Shown: positions 26,931 to 35,138 of the stretch, piece after piece | Layout of the letters: the number at the start of each line of letters is the position of its first letter | Numbering within the stretch: the first letter of the stretch is position 1 | Assembly: GCA_042089915.1 (NCBI GenBank) | Contig: JBELJZ010000002.1 | Span: forward strand, 13,883 to 77,882 | DNA: 64,000 nucleotides | Direction of reading: 5' to 3' | From: Crocinitomicaceae bacterium | GTDB lineage: Bacteria; Bacteroidota; Bacteroidia; Flavobacteriales_D; Sanyastnellaceae | Notes under the pieces: model-generated | The model's input: only the letters and a program-made list of their open reading frames with translations | Databases searched by the model: none | What the model was told of the DNA's origin: nothing | Position numbers and translations under genes: made by a program

Positions 26931-27005
26931 TGGGCAATACTGGATTCGAACCAGTGACCTTTCGCGTGTGAGGCGAACGCTCTGAACCAACTGAGCTAAT
27001 TGCCC
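26931..27005 (-). tRNA. tRNA-Val (anticodon CAC)
   Basis: Acceptor GGGCAAT/ATTGCCC, D stem GCTC/GAGC, anticodon stem TTCGC/GCGAA with loop CTCACAC, T arm ACTGG-TTCGAAT-CCAGT. Confidence 0.9.
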
Positions 27006-27017
27006 GAAAAGGGACGG

Positions 27018-27025
27018 CAAAGATA
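27018..27025 (-). promoter_or_regulatory. Putative Bacteroidota -7 promoter box TATCTTTG upstream of tRNA-Val(CAC)
   Basis: Exact TAnnTTTG match, 12 nt upstream of the tRNA 5' end. Confidence 0.45.
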
Positions 27026-27191
27026 GGTCGCATCAGGCGCTCCACCATCTCCCGTTGCAATGGGCACCCAATCCCGCAGGTGGGATGCAGACCGCTCACG
27101 CCTTTCATTTTACCCTTTATAGGCATTATGCTTAAATCCGCCTTAACAATCTGCCCCTTCGTAGGAAACATTCGGGTGCAAACTTGCGCAC

Positions 27192-27329
27192 ATGTCACTC
27201 AGCGACCTTCTCACCATGCTGTCGTATTTCATGCAGCCCGTCACCAAGGCCAGCGCGGCTTATGACCTGAACGGAGACGGCATGATCACGACCTCCGACT
27301 TGCTCTTGATGCTCGGCCTGCTCGGCTGA
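27192..27329 (+). CDS. Unannotated 45-codon ORF with a dockerin/EF-hand-like Ca-binding repeat
   Basis: Hand translation: MSLSDLLTMLSYFMQPVTKASAAYDLNGDGMITTSDLLLMLGLLG*. Third codon positions are mostly G/C, as in the flanking real genes. It falls below the 60-aa cutoff of the track. Confidence 0.35.
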   Translation: MSLSDLLTMLSYFMQPVTKASAAYDLNGDGMITTSDLLLMLGLLG

Positions 27330-27334
27330 GTGCT

Positions 27335-27411
27335 TGGTGCGCCCTGCAGGACTTGAACCCGCGACCCAGGGATTATGAGTCCCCTGCTCTAACCAACTGA
27401 GCTAAGAGCGC
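27335..27411 (-). tRNA. tRNA with CAU anticodon (elongator Met-type; tRNA-Ile2 not excluded), CCA encoded
   Basis: Acceptor GCGCTCT/AGGGCGC, anticodon stem GGGGA/TCCCT with loop CTCATAA, T arm GCGGG-TTCAAGT-CCTGC. G1-C72 and A31-U39 argue against an initiator. Confidence 0.85.
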
Positions 27412-27470
27412 ATGCCGCTTTGTTGCGGATTCTGCTAAAATAAGGGGTCTGTCCCTGCTGACCGCGGCCG

Positions 27471-29786
27471 TCAGCCGGCGCCCAGCCACTCGAATTCGAG
27501 TTCGCGGCGCTGGACGTCGGCGCGGATGACCCGAATCCGGACTGCATTGCCCATGTGAATCTCCTGTCCCGTGTGCAACCCAACCAGGCACTGCCGTTCC
27601 GGATCCACGGAAAACCGGTCTGTGCTGATGTCCCGGATGTCGACGTAGCCCTCGCATTTGTTGTCGTTGAGCTCCACATAAACGGCCTTGCCTGAGATGC
27701 CGTTGACCACCCCGTCGAATTCAGCACCCAGCTGCGTTCCGAGAAACTCGACCTGCTTGTACTTGATGCTGGCCCGCTCCGCTTCAGCCGCTCGCTTTTC
27801 GCGCTCACTGCTGTGGGCGCATGGTCCGTCCAACTCAGCCGCATCCAGCGCAGCACCCCCATCGAGGTAATGCTGCAGACTGCGGTGCACCATCATGTCC
27901 GGGTACCGGCGAATGGGCGAGGTGAAGTGGGTGTAGTGCTCGAACGCCAGGCCGTAGTGGCCGATGTTGTCGGTGCTGTATTCCGCCTTGGCCATGGACC
28001 GGATGGCCATCTGTTTGACGATGCGTTCCTCGTCCTTGCCCTCGGCCATCTTCAGGAGCTGGCTGATCGCCCGGTGGGCCTGACCCGGCTCGGTGTCCGC
28101 CATTTTGTAGCCGAACTGGGCGACGAACTGGCGCAGCGACTTGAGCTTGGTCGGGTCGGGCGCATCGTGGATGCGGTACACTGCGCCGGGCGGGCGCTGG
28201 CCCTTGCACCCGGCGATCCACTTGGCCACCCGCACATTGGCGAGCAGCATGAAGTCCTCGATGAGCCGGTTGGCGTCCAGCATCCGCTTGATGAGGACCT
28301 CCACGGGCTTTCCATCGTCGTCGAGGCGGAATCGGACCTCTTCGGTGTTGAAGTCGATGCCCCCCGCCTTGAACCGGCGCGCGCGCATCTTCTTGGCCAA
28401 ACGGTCCAAGCGCTTGACCTCATCGGCGAGGTCTCCCTCCCCAGATTCAAGCCGCTCCTGCGCTTCGGCGTAAGTGAAACGCCGGTCCGAATGGATGACC
28501 GTCCGGCCGAACCACTCCTGGACCACTTGGCCCTGCTTGTCGAGCTCGAAGACGGCACTGAAGGCGTACCGGTCCTCGTTGGGCCGGAGCGAACACAGGT
28601 TGTTGGACAGCACCTCGGGCAGCATGGGGATGGTCCGGTCGACCAGGTAGACGCTGGTGGCGCGCTCCACGGCTTCCTCCTCGATGCGGCTTCCGGGCCG
28701 GACGTAGTGGGTCACGTCCGCGATGTGGACGCCCACTTCGAGGTGGCCGCTGTCGAGGTCCCGCACGCTCAGGGCATCGTCGAAATCCTTGGCGTCCTCC
28801 GGGTCGATGGTGAACGTGGTCACGTCGCGCATGTCGCGCCGACGGCCGATCTCTTTCGGGTCGAGTTCTTGGGGAATGGTCTCCGCTTCAGCCGCCACGT
28901 CCTCGGGAAAATGGTAGGGCAGTCCGTACTCCAGCAGGATGGCGTGCATTTCCGCTTCGTGGACGCCGGGCGCACCGAGCACCTCCACGACCTCTGCGAT
29001 GGGCGGGTCGTCCGGCGATGCCCAATCCTCGAGGCGCACCGCCACCTTGACATCCGTGGGCGCGTCGTGCAGGAAGCGGGCGGGGATGAGGAAGTCGCGG
29101 TGAAGCCGCTTGTCCGTGGGAATGCCAAAGGCGTAATCCTTGACGGGCTGCAGCATGACGACGTACAGTTCACGCGCCCGCTTCACCACCCGGGCGACGT
29201 AAGGCACTTTGCGGCGGCCGCGGTTCATCCAGCCGACCTCCACGGTGTCTCCCCAAAAGGCGGTGCCGGTGTTGCCCTTGGGCAACATGAGGTCCTCCGA
29301 TTCTCCGGGAACACTCACGAAGCCTTTGCCATACTTGGTGATTTGAATGGTGCCTGTGACCACGTCACCATGCTGGGGGCGGGCGCCAGACTTGCGGTCC
29401 TTGCCGCGGTCCCGGCCGCCGCGGGCGGCGGATCGGCCGCCTTGGTCCGGCATCATGAAGCGGCCCTTGCCCACTTCGACGAGCACGCCCTTGCCCGCCT
29501 GTTCCCGCATCAGTCCATGCAGCATGTCGCGCATGTCGTGGTCTGCAATGCCCATCGTGCTCGCGACTTGGCGGGCATTCAGGGGACGGCCTTTCAGCTT
29601 GCGGAAAATCTCGAGGACATCGCCGAGGTACCGGCTCGCCCCGCTGAGGCTTTGACGGCGACCCATCGGGGCGTCCACCGCCGATTTGCGTGACCGTGAC
29701 CGGCCGGAGGACCCTCCGATTCCGTCGGGACCGACCTTTCGTCCTTTCCCCTTCCGCTGTCCGCCTCCTTTGCGCTTTCCGGCCAT
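27471..29786 (-). CDS. rnr: Ribonuclease R
   Basis: 771 aa. RNB catalytic core (FTIDPEDAKDFDDALS, HIADVTHYV, YLVDRTIPMLP) and a C-terminal S1 domain. Basic Gly/Lys/Arg-rich N-terminus. Confidence 0.95.
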   Translation of the reverse strand: MAGKRKGGGQRKGKGRKVGPDGIGGSSGRSRSRKSAVDAPMGRRQSLSGASRYLGDVLEIFRKLKGRPLNARQVASTMGIADHDMRDMLHGLMREQAGKGVLVEVGKGRFMMPDQGGRSAARGGRDRGKDRKSGARPQHGDVVTGTIQITKYGKGFVSVPGESEDLMLPKGNTGTAFWGDTVEVGWMNRGRRKVPYVARVVKRARELYVVMLQPVKDYAFGIPTDKRLHRDFLIPARFLHDAPTDVKVAVRLEDWASPDDPPIAEVVEVLGAPGVHEAEMHAILLEYGLPYHFPEDVAAEAETIPQELDPKEIGRRRDMRDVTTFTIDPEDAKDFDDALSVRDLDSGHLEVGVHIADVTHYVRPGSRIEEEAVERATSVYLVDRTIPMLPEVLSNNLCSLRPNEDRYAFSAVFELDKQGQVVQEWFGRTVIHSDRRFTYAEAQERLESGEGDLADEVKRLDRLAKKMRARRFKAGGIDFNTEEVRFRLDDDGKPVEVLIKRMLDANRLIEDFMLLANVRVAKWIAGCKGQRPPGAVYRIHDAPDPTKLKSLRQFVAQFGYKMADTEPGQAHRAISQLLKMAEGKDEERIVKQMAIRSMAKAEYSTDNIGHYGLAFEHYTHFTSPIRRYPDMMVHRSLQHYLDGGAALDAAELDGPCAHSSEREKRAAEAERASIKYKQVEFLGTQLGAEFDGVVNGISGKAVYVELNDNKCEGYVDIRDISTDRFSVDPERQCLVGLHTGQEIHMGNAVRIRVIRADVQRRELEFEWLGAG

Positions 29787-29881
29787 GGCCTTCCTCGATT
29801 TGCCAGCAAGGTGGTGACCCCAAAGGACGATTCAACGCAGAAAATCAACAGTTGTGACCGTTCCCTTGCGAACTTCCCCGC

Positions 29882-30772
29882 ATGGACGCTTCCTCCCCTT
29901 CCACCTTCGATGGCCTGCACCGCTGGTTCCCGGAAGGTTGGCGCGACCATGAACTGCTCGACTCCGGCGGAGGCAGCAAACTCGAGCGTTTCGGAGACCT
30001 CGTCCTGATTCGCCCCGAGCCCCACGCCATTTGGGACCGCGGCATGTCCGAGTCCAACTGGCGGCGCATGTCGGCAGCGGAATTCGTCCCCACCGGCAGG
30101 ACCAAGGGCCACTGGGAACCCCACCAGAGCGTCCCAGACCATTGGGAAATCCGGTATCCCTTGCGACCCGACCAGTCGCTGCACTTCTCCTTGGAGATGA
30201 CGCGGTTCAAGCACGTCGGCATCTTCCCAGAACAAGCCGCTAACTGGCAGTGGATGGTCGACCGGCTGGGATCAGGGAAGCGGGTGTTGAACCTCTTTGC
30301 CTACACGGGCGGTGCCTCCCTCGCGGCCAGAGCGACGGGTGCGGATGTGACCCACGTCGACGCCATCAAGCAGGTGGTGACCTGGACGCGCATCAACATG
30401 GAACTTTCCGGCCTCGATGGCATCCGGTGGTGTGTGGAAGACGCGATGCGCTTCGTGGAGCGCGAACTGCGCCGCGGCAACCAGTATGACCTCATCGTCA
30501 TGGACCCACCGGCTTGGGGCTTGGGTCCTAAAGGAGAAAAATGGAAGCTCGAGGAGCAGATTGGACACCTCATCCGCTCCGTTGCGGGCATTGTCGCTCC
30601 GGGGGGGGCGGTGGTCATGAACACCTACTCGGGACTGAGTCCGTCTACCCTCGAGAACTTCTGGCGAACCGCCCTGCCGGATGCTGCCATCGAAGCCGGC
30701 GAACTTTGCTTGCGCAGTGGAACCGGCCAGGTCTTGCCAACCGGCTCCCTCGTGCGCATCACGCGGGCCTGA
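29882..30772 (+). CDS. Class I SAM-dependent methyltransferase (RlmI/RlmK-like catalytic domain)
   Basis: 296 aa. VLNLFAYTGGASLAAR (motif I) and DLIVMDPPAWG (motif IV). Confidence 0.8.
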   Translation: MDASSPSTFDGLHRWFPEGWRDHELLDSGGGSKLERFGDLVLIRPEPHAIWDRGMSESNWRRMSAAEFVPTGRTKGHWEPHQSVPDHWEIRYPLRPDQSLHFSLEMTRFKHVGIFPEQAANWQWMVDRLGSGKRVLNLFAYTGGASLAARATGADVTHVDAIKQVVTWTRINMELSGLDGIRWCVEDAMRFVERELRRGNQYDLIVMDPPAWGLGPKGEKWKLEEQIGHLIRSVAGIVAPGGAVVMNTYSGLSPSTLENFWRTALPDAAIEAGELCLRSGTGQVLPTGSLVRITRA

Positions 30773-30786
30773 AGGCCCGCGGGCCG

Positions 30787-30794
30787 TACCTTCG
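30787..30794 (+). promoter_or_regulatory. Putative -7-like box TACCTTCG upstream of pepP
   Basis: 4 nt from the ATG at 30799. An identical octamer precedes rlmN and the 332-aa T9SS cargo gene. Confidence 0.35.
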
Positions 30795-30798
30795 GGGC

Positions 30799-32091
30799 AT
30801 GCTGCGTTACCCGCCCCTGTCTGCCGAGAACTACGTCCGCAACCGCGCCGCGTTTGCCGAAGCCATGAGCACCGGTGCCATGGCCCTGTTCAGTTCCAAC
30901 GACATCTACCCGACCAGCGCCGACGGCACCCTGCCCTTCCGACAGGACTCCAACATGCTCCACCTCACCGGCGTGGACCAGGAGGAAACCGTGCTGCTGC
31001 TCTTCCCCAACGCCCACAACCCGGCCGACCGGGAGATTCTGTTCGTCACCGAGACCAATGCGGAAATCGCCATTTGGGAAGGGGCCAAGCTCACCAAGGC
31101 GGAGGCCACGGCCCAGACCGGCATCCGCCACGTGCAATGGATCGGCAACCTGGAACGCACCATCCAGCGGCTCGTCACCGAGTGCAGCTGCTGCTACTTG
31201 CACCAGAACGAGCACACCCGCGCCAAGATTGTCGTGGAGACCCGCGAGGCCCGCTTCAACCGGTGGTTCTGCGAGACCTACCCCCAAGTCCGCATCCAAC
31301 GGGCCGCACCCATCCTGCACCGCACCCGCAGCGTCAAGAGTGCTGAGGAAATTGAACGGATGCGCCACGCGTGCGGCATCACCCGTGACGGCTTCAACCG
31401 CGTGATGAACTTCCTCAAGCCCGGCGTCACCGAATATGAAGTGGAGGCGGAGTACCTGCACGAGTTTGTGCGCAAGGGCTCTCGTGGCTTCGCCTACACG
31501 CCCATCGTGGCGAGCGGGGCCAACGCCTGCGTGCTCCACTACATCGAGAACAGCGCGGTCTGCAAGGACGGCGATGTGCTGCTGATGGACGTGGGCGCCG
31601 AGTATGGCAACTACGCCAGCGACATGACCCGGTGCCTGCCGGTGTCCGGCCGCTTCACCGACCGCCAGCGCAAGGTCTACAACGCGGTGCTCAGCGTCAT
31701 GCGCGACGCTACGAAGCTGCTGCGTCCCGGCGTCAGCCTCCACGATTACCACAAGCAGGTGGGCGAGCTCATGACCGAGCAGCTCCTCGGACTCGGCCTG
31801 ATCGACAAGCACGACGTCGCCAAGCAGAACCCCGCCTGGCCCGCCTACAAGAAGTACTTCATGCACGGCACCTCCCACTTCATCGGACTCGACGTCCACG
31901 ATGTGGGCCTGTGGCACGAACCCATCCGCGCCGGCCATGTGTTCACCGTGGAGCCCGGCATTTACATCCTCGAGGAGGGGCTGGGCATCCGGTTGGAAAA
32001 CGACATCGTCGTCACCGAGGACGGGTTCGACGACCTGATGGGTGACATCCCATTGGACGCCGAGGCCATCGAGGACGCCATGAATTCCTGA
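30799..32091 (+). CDS. pepP: Xaa-Pro aminopeptidase (aminopeptidase P, M24B)
   Basis: ATG at 30799 (MLRYPPLSAENY). 430 aa. M24 metal-ligand context DVLLMDVGAEYGNYASDMTR, HGTSHFIGLDVHD, FTVEPGIY and IRLEND. Confidence 0.9.
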   Translation: MLRYPPLSAENYVRNRAAFAEAMSTGAMALFSSNDIYPTSADGTLPFRQDSNMLHLTGVDQEETVLLLFPNAHNPADREILFVTETNAEIAIWEGAKLTKAEATAQTGIRHVQWIGNLERTIQRLVTECSCCYLHQNEHTRAKIVVETREARFNRWFCETYPQVRIQRAAPILHRTRSVKSAEEIERMRHACGITRDGFNRVMNFLKPGVTEYEVEAEYLHEFVRKGSRGFAYTPIVASGANACVLHYIENSAVCKDGDVLLMDVGAEYGNYASDMTRCLPVSGRFTDRQRKVYNAVLSVMRDATKLLRPGVSLHDYHKQVGELMTEQLLGLGLIDKHDVAKQNPAWPAYKKYFMHGTSHFIGLDVHDVGLWHEPIRAGHVFTVEPGIYILEEGLGIRLENDIVVTEDGFDDLMGDIPLDAEAIEDAMNS

Positions 32092-32094
32092 GCC

Positions 32095-32700
32095 ATGGCA
32101 GAGGGAAACGACAGCGTCATGCTCGGACTGCAGCTCCCCACGGATCCCCGCTGGGTGGAGCTCGTCGAGTCCAACATCCCCGAGGTCCTCACTGACCATG
32201 CCTGGTGCGAGCAGAAGGCGGCCTCCAACGCCATTTCCACCATTGTCCGCTATCCCGAATTGACCGAGCTGGTCGAGGAGTTGACCCGCATCGCCATGGA
32301 GGAGATGGAGCACTTTGGCATGGTGGTCGAGAAGATCAAGGAGCGGGGCTGGGTCCTCGGAAAAGAGCGGAAGGACCCGTACATCCACGACCTCGCTTCC
32401 TTCATCAAGAAGGGCGGCAGCCGCGAAGAACAGCTTGTCGACCGACTGTTGCTCGCCGCGATGATCGAAGCCCGCAGCTGCGAGCGCTTCCGCATGCTGT
32501 CCGAGCGCATCGCTGATGACGACCTGAAGACCTTCTACCACGAACTGATGGTCAGTGAGGCCCAGCACTACACCACCTTCATCGGCTTTGCCCGCCAGTA
32601 TGGCGGACGCGTGGACGTCGATGCCCGCTGGAAGGAGTTCCTCGCCCACGAGGCCGAGGTGATCCAGCGCTATGGCAAAAAGGAAACCATGCACGGCTGA
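32095..32700 (+). CDS. miaE: tRNA-(ms2io6A37)-hydroxylase MiaE
   Basis: 201 aa. Di-iron four-helix motifs DHAWCEQKAASNAIS, EEMEHF, EARSCERF and SEAQHY. Confidence 0.85.
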   Translation: MAEGNDSVMLGLQLPTDPRWVELVESNIPEVLTDHAWCEQKAASNAISTIVRYPELTELVEELTRIAMEEMEHFGMVVEKIKERGWVLGKERKDPYIHDLASFIKKGGSREEQLVDRLLLAAMIEARSCERFRMLSERIADDDLKTFYHELMVSEAQHYTTFIGFARQYGGRVDVDARWKEFLAHEAEVIQRYGKKETMHG

Positions 32701-32736
32701 GCCCCGCCTTAGTCACGAACGATTCAACGGAACCCC

Positions 32737-33165
32737 ATGAGCAACGCCCCCAAACCCGTCGGCCTCTACCCCCTGACCCGCCGCGTTGGCGACCTCCTTT
32801 TCCTGAGCGGCGTCGGTCCGCGCATCCCCGGCAGCGGCGCCCACGACGAGGGCGTGCCCGGCCTGAAGCAGGACCACAACGGCAACTTCATCGAATTCGA
32901 TTTCGAGGCGCAGGCGCGCGGGGTGCTGGCCAACGTGAAGGCCATCCTCGAAGCCGAGGGCGCCAAATGGGAAGACCTGGTGGACATCACCGTGTTTCTC
33001 ACCGACATGCAACGCGATTTCGGCACGTGGAACCGGGTGTACCGCGAGCACTTCGAAGACGTGAACCCCGCCCGCCGGCCCTGCCGGACCACCATGGAAA
33101 TCGGGGCCCTGCCGACCCCCATCGCCGTCGAACTGAAGTGCATCGCCCACCTCGGACAGGACTGA
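32737..33165 (+). CDS. ridA: RidA/YjgF-family reactive-intermediate deaminase
   Basis: 142 aa. LFLSGVGP, ANVKAILEAEG and PARRPCRTTMEIGALP are typical of the family. Confidence 0.9.
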   Translation: MSNAPKPVGLYPLTRRVGDLLFLSGVGPRIPGSGAHDEGVPGLKQDHNGNFIEFDFEAQARGVLANVKAILEAEGAKWEDLVDITVFLTDMQRDFGTWNRVYREHFEDVNPARRPCRTTMEIGALPTPIAVELKCIAHLGQD

Positions 33166-33194
33166 GGAGCATTTCGGCACCGGATTTGCCCATC

Positions 33195-34052
33195 ATGGGC
33201 ATGCGCGGTGCCCTGATTGTCTTCTTCCTGCTGTTGGGATTGGCCGGATTGGCCCAGTCCAGCAAACCCGTTTCCCCCCCTGAAATCCCTGCGGATTCTG
33301 CTGCCAATAGGCCGGCTTTGGCCCTGCGTCATTTGGCGCGGCCAGTGGACTTTGTCGGAGAAGACCTGCATTACGCCGTTCGTTACGGTTTCATTGAAGC
33401 CGGAAAAGCCCGGCTCACCGTCAAGGCTGGTCCTGTATACGCTGGGCGTCCTACCTGGAGGGTGATTGGAACCGGAAGAAGCACGGGCCCACTCGATTGG
33501 GTCTTTCGCGTCCGCGACCACTATGAGAGTCACATTGACCAAAAAGGGGGGGTTCCTCACCGTTTCATCCGCCAAGTGCGTGAAGGCGGATATCGATTGG
33601 AACGACGGATTGATTTTGACCCCTCGCGCCGCACTGCGGCCACCACTCAGCATGGGACCACCCGCCATCATGTGATGCCGGCCTTCGTGCAGGATGTGGT
33701 CTCTGCCCTCTTTTTTGCCCGGCGACTGCAATTGACGCAGTTGGAACCCGGCGGAGTCGTGGACATCCCCACCCTGGTGGATGGACGCATCCATTCTCTG
33801 CGGGCCCGCTTCACTGGCCCTCGCCATGTTGAGGTCAAAGCGGGCAGCTTTGACGGGCTCGCCTTCACTCCTGTCGTACAAGAAGGCCGCATTTGGAAGG
33901 ATGCCGACGACCTCACCGTTGTCGTATCTGCAGATGAGCGTCACATTCCGATTCTGATCGAATCCGACTTGGTCATCGGTTCGATTCGCCTTGAACTCGT
34001 TGAAGACAGGAGCACATCCGCGTCTGAACACGCCACCGACATCCGACCGTAA
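33195..34052 (+). CDS. DUF3108-family secreted protein
   Basis: ATG at 33195 gives the signal peptide MGMRGALIVFFLLLGLAGLAQS. LHYAVRYGFIEAGKARLTV matches my recollection of DUF3108. Confidence 0.65.
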   Translation: MGMRGALIVFFLLLGLAGLAQSSKPVSPPEIPADSAANRPALALRHLARPVDFVGEDLHYAVRYGFIEAGKARLTVKAGPVYAGRPTWRVIGTGRSTGPLDWVFRVRDHYESHIDQKGGVPHRFIRQVREGGYRLERRIDFDPSRRTAATTQHGTTRHHVMPAFVQDVVSALFFARRLQLTQLEPGGVVDIPTLVDGRIHSLRARFTGPRHVEVKAGSFDGLAFTPVVQEGRIWKDADDLTVVVSADERHIPILIESDLVIGSIRLELVEDRSTSASEHATDIRP

Positions 34053-34061
34053 CTTTCGGGC

Positions 34062-35033
34062 ATGGCCGAAGCCGATTCCTTTGACCCCGGGGTGCTGTCC
34101 CGGCTGAAGCTCCTGGAGGAGAAATACGCTGCCATGGGGCAGGACCTGACATCCTACCTCGATGGCCTGCTGTACGCCGACTTCCCCACCTACTGGGATT
34201 ACGTCAACCTCGACACCCTGCTCAGCCTGCAGCATCCGGTCACCCCGTTTCCGGACGAGGAAATCTTCATCACCTACCACCAAATCACGGAGCTGTATTT
34301 CAAGCTCTCGCTCCACGAGCTGAGGCAGGCCCACGATGACGCGGACATCGACGGCGCCACCATGCTCGAGCGGGTGAACCGGGTCAACCGGTACTTCGAC
34401 AACCTCGTTCGCAGCTTCGACGTGATGGTCCACGGCCTGGATCACCAACAGTTCCTCAAGTTCCGGATGTCCCTCCTGCCGTCCAGCGGGTTCCAAAGCG
34501 TCCAATACCGCTTGATCGAAATCGCCTGTACGTCGTTGGACCGGCTCGTGCACCGCGAACTCCGCGACCAGCATGCCGACCACGCCTTCGATGAAATCGA
34601 CCCCTTGTTCGATGCCCTCTATTGGCGGCGCGGCGCGACGGAGCTGGCTTCGGGCAAGCCCACCTTGACCCTGAGGCAGTTCGAGGAGAAGTACAGGGAG
34701 ACCATCGTGCACTTTGCGGAAGACCGGTATTATACCAACCTCCGCAAAAAGTGGTTGGGCCTGCCAGCTGACCAGCAGACGGACGACCTCAAGGAGGCGT
34801 TGCGCACCCTCGACGAGCTCGTCAATGTGCACTGGCCTTTGTCCCATTACCGCAGCGCGGTCCGTCACCTGCAGAAGGATCCTGTGGACATCGCCGCTAC
34901 CGGCGGCACGAACTGGCAGAAATACCTGCCTCCCCGCTTCCAGTCCCTGATTTTCTTCCCTGAACTCTGGACGGAGGAAGAGCAAGCCGAATGGGGCAAG
35001 AGCTGGGTCCTGACCCACATCCCACACAAGTGA
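34062..35033 (+). CDS. kynA: Tryptophan 2,3-dioxygenase family protein
   Basis: 323 aa. YWDYVNLDTLLSLQHPVT, EIFITYHQITELYFKL and SGFQSVQYRLIE are typical of bacterial TDO. Confidence 0.8.
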   Translation: MAEADSFDPGVLSRLKLLEEKYAAMGQDLTSYLDGLLYADFPTYWDYVNLDTLLSLQHPVTPFPDEEIFITYHQITELYFKLSLHELRQAHDDADIDGATMLERVNRVNRYFDNLVRSFDVMVHGLDHQQFLKFRMSLLPSSGFQSVQYRLIEIACTSLDRLVHRELRDQHADHAFDEIDPLFDALYWRRGATELASGKPTLTLRQFEEKYRETIVHFAEDRYYTNLRKKWLGLPADQQTDDLKEALRTLDELVNVHWPLSHYRSAVRHLQKDPVDIAATGGTNWQKYLPPRFQSLIFFPELWTEEEQAEWGKSWVLTHIPHK

Positions 35034-35138
35034 TGCCGGCTTCGGGCGGCGAATTCGTTAAAACCCCGCTGCGGCAAAACTTTCGGTGGCGACCCGCCGT
35101 TGCGACTTCAACCGGTGACAAATTGCCGGTTCTCGTCC

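Noticed and set aside
27080-27265. A 61-aa plus-strand track ORF (MGCRPLTPFILPF...) in the tRNA spacer.
   Set aside because: It has no motifs and starts in the AT-rich spacer. It overlaps, in a different frame, the 45-codon ORF, which has a recognisable Ca-binding repeat and better third-position GC bias.
24421-27411. The tRNA cluster as an integrative genomic island or prophage attachment site.
   Set aside because: I could see no integrase, excisionase, transposase or phage gene, and no direct repeat of a tRNA 3' end. The only repeats are the two full-length tRNA-Val paralogues. It is kept as a finding only as a recombination-prone cassette.
29620-29786. The basic Gly/Lys/Arg-rich N-terminal tail of RNase R, and the ~70-aa C-terminal extension of LysS (36476-36690), as novel appendages.
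   Set aside because: From memory, comparable basic tails on RNase R and C-terminal extensions on LysS are common in Bacteroidota orthologues. They are therefore probably lineage-typical rather than novel.
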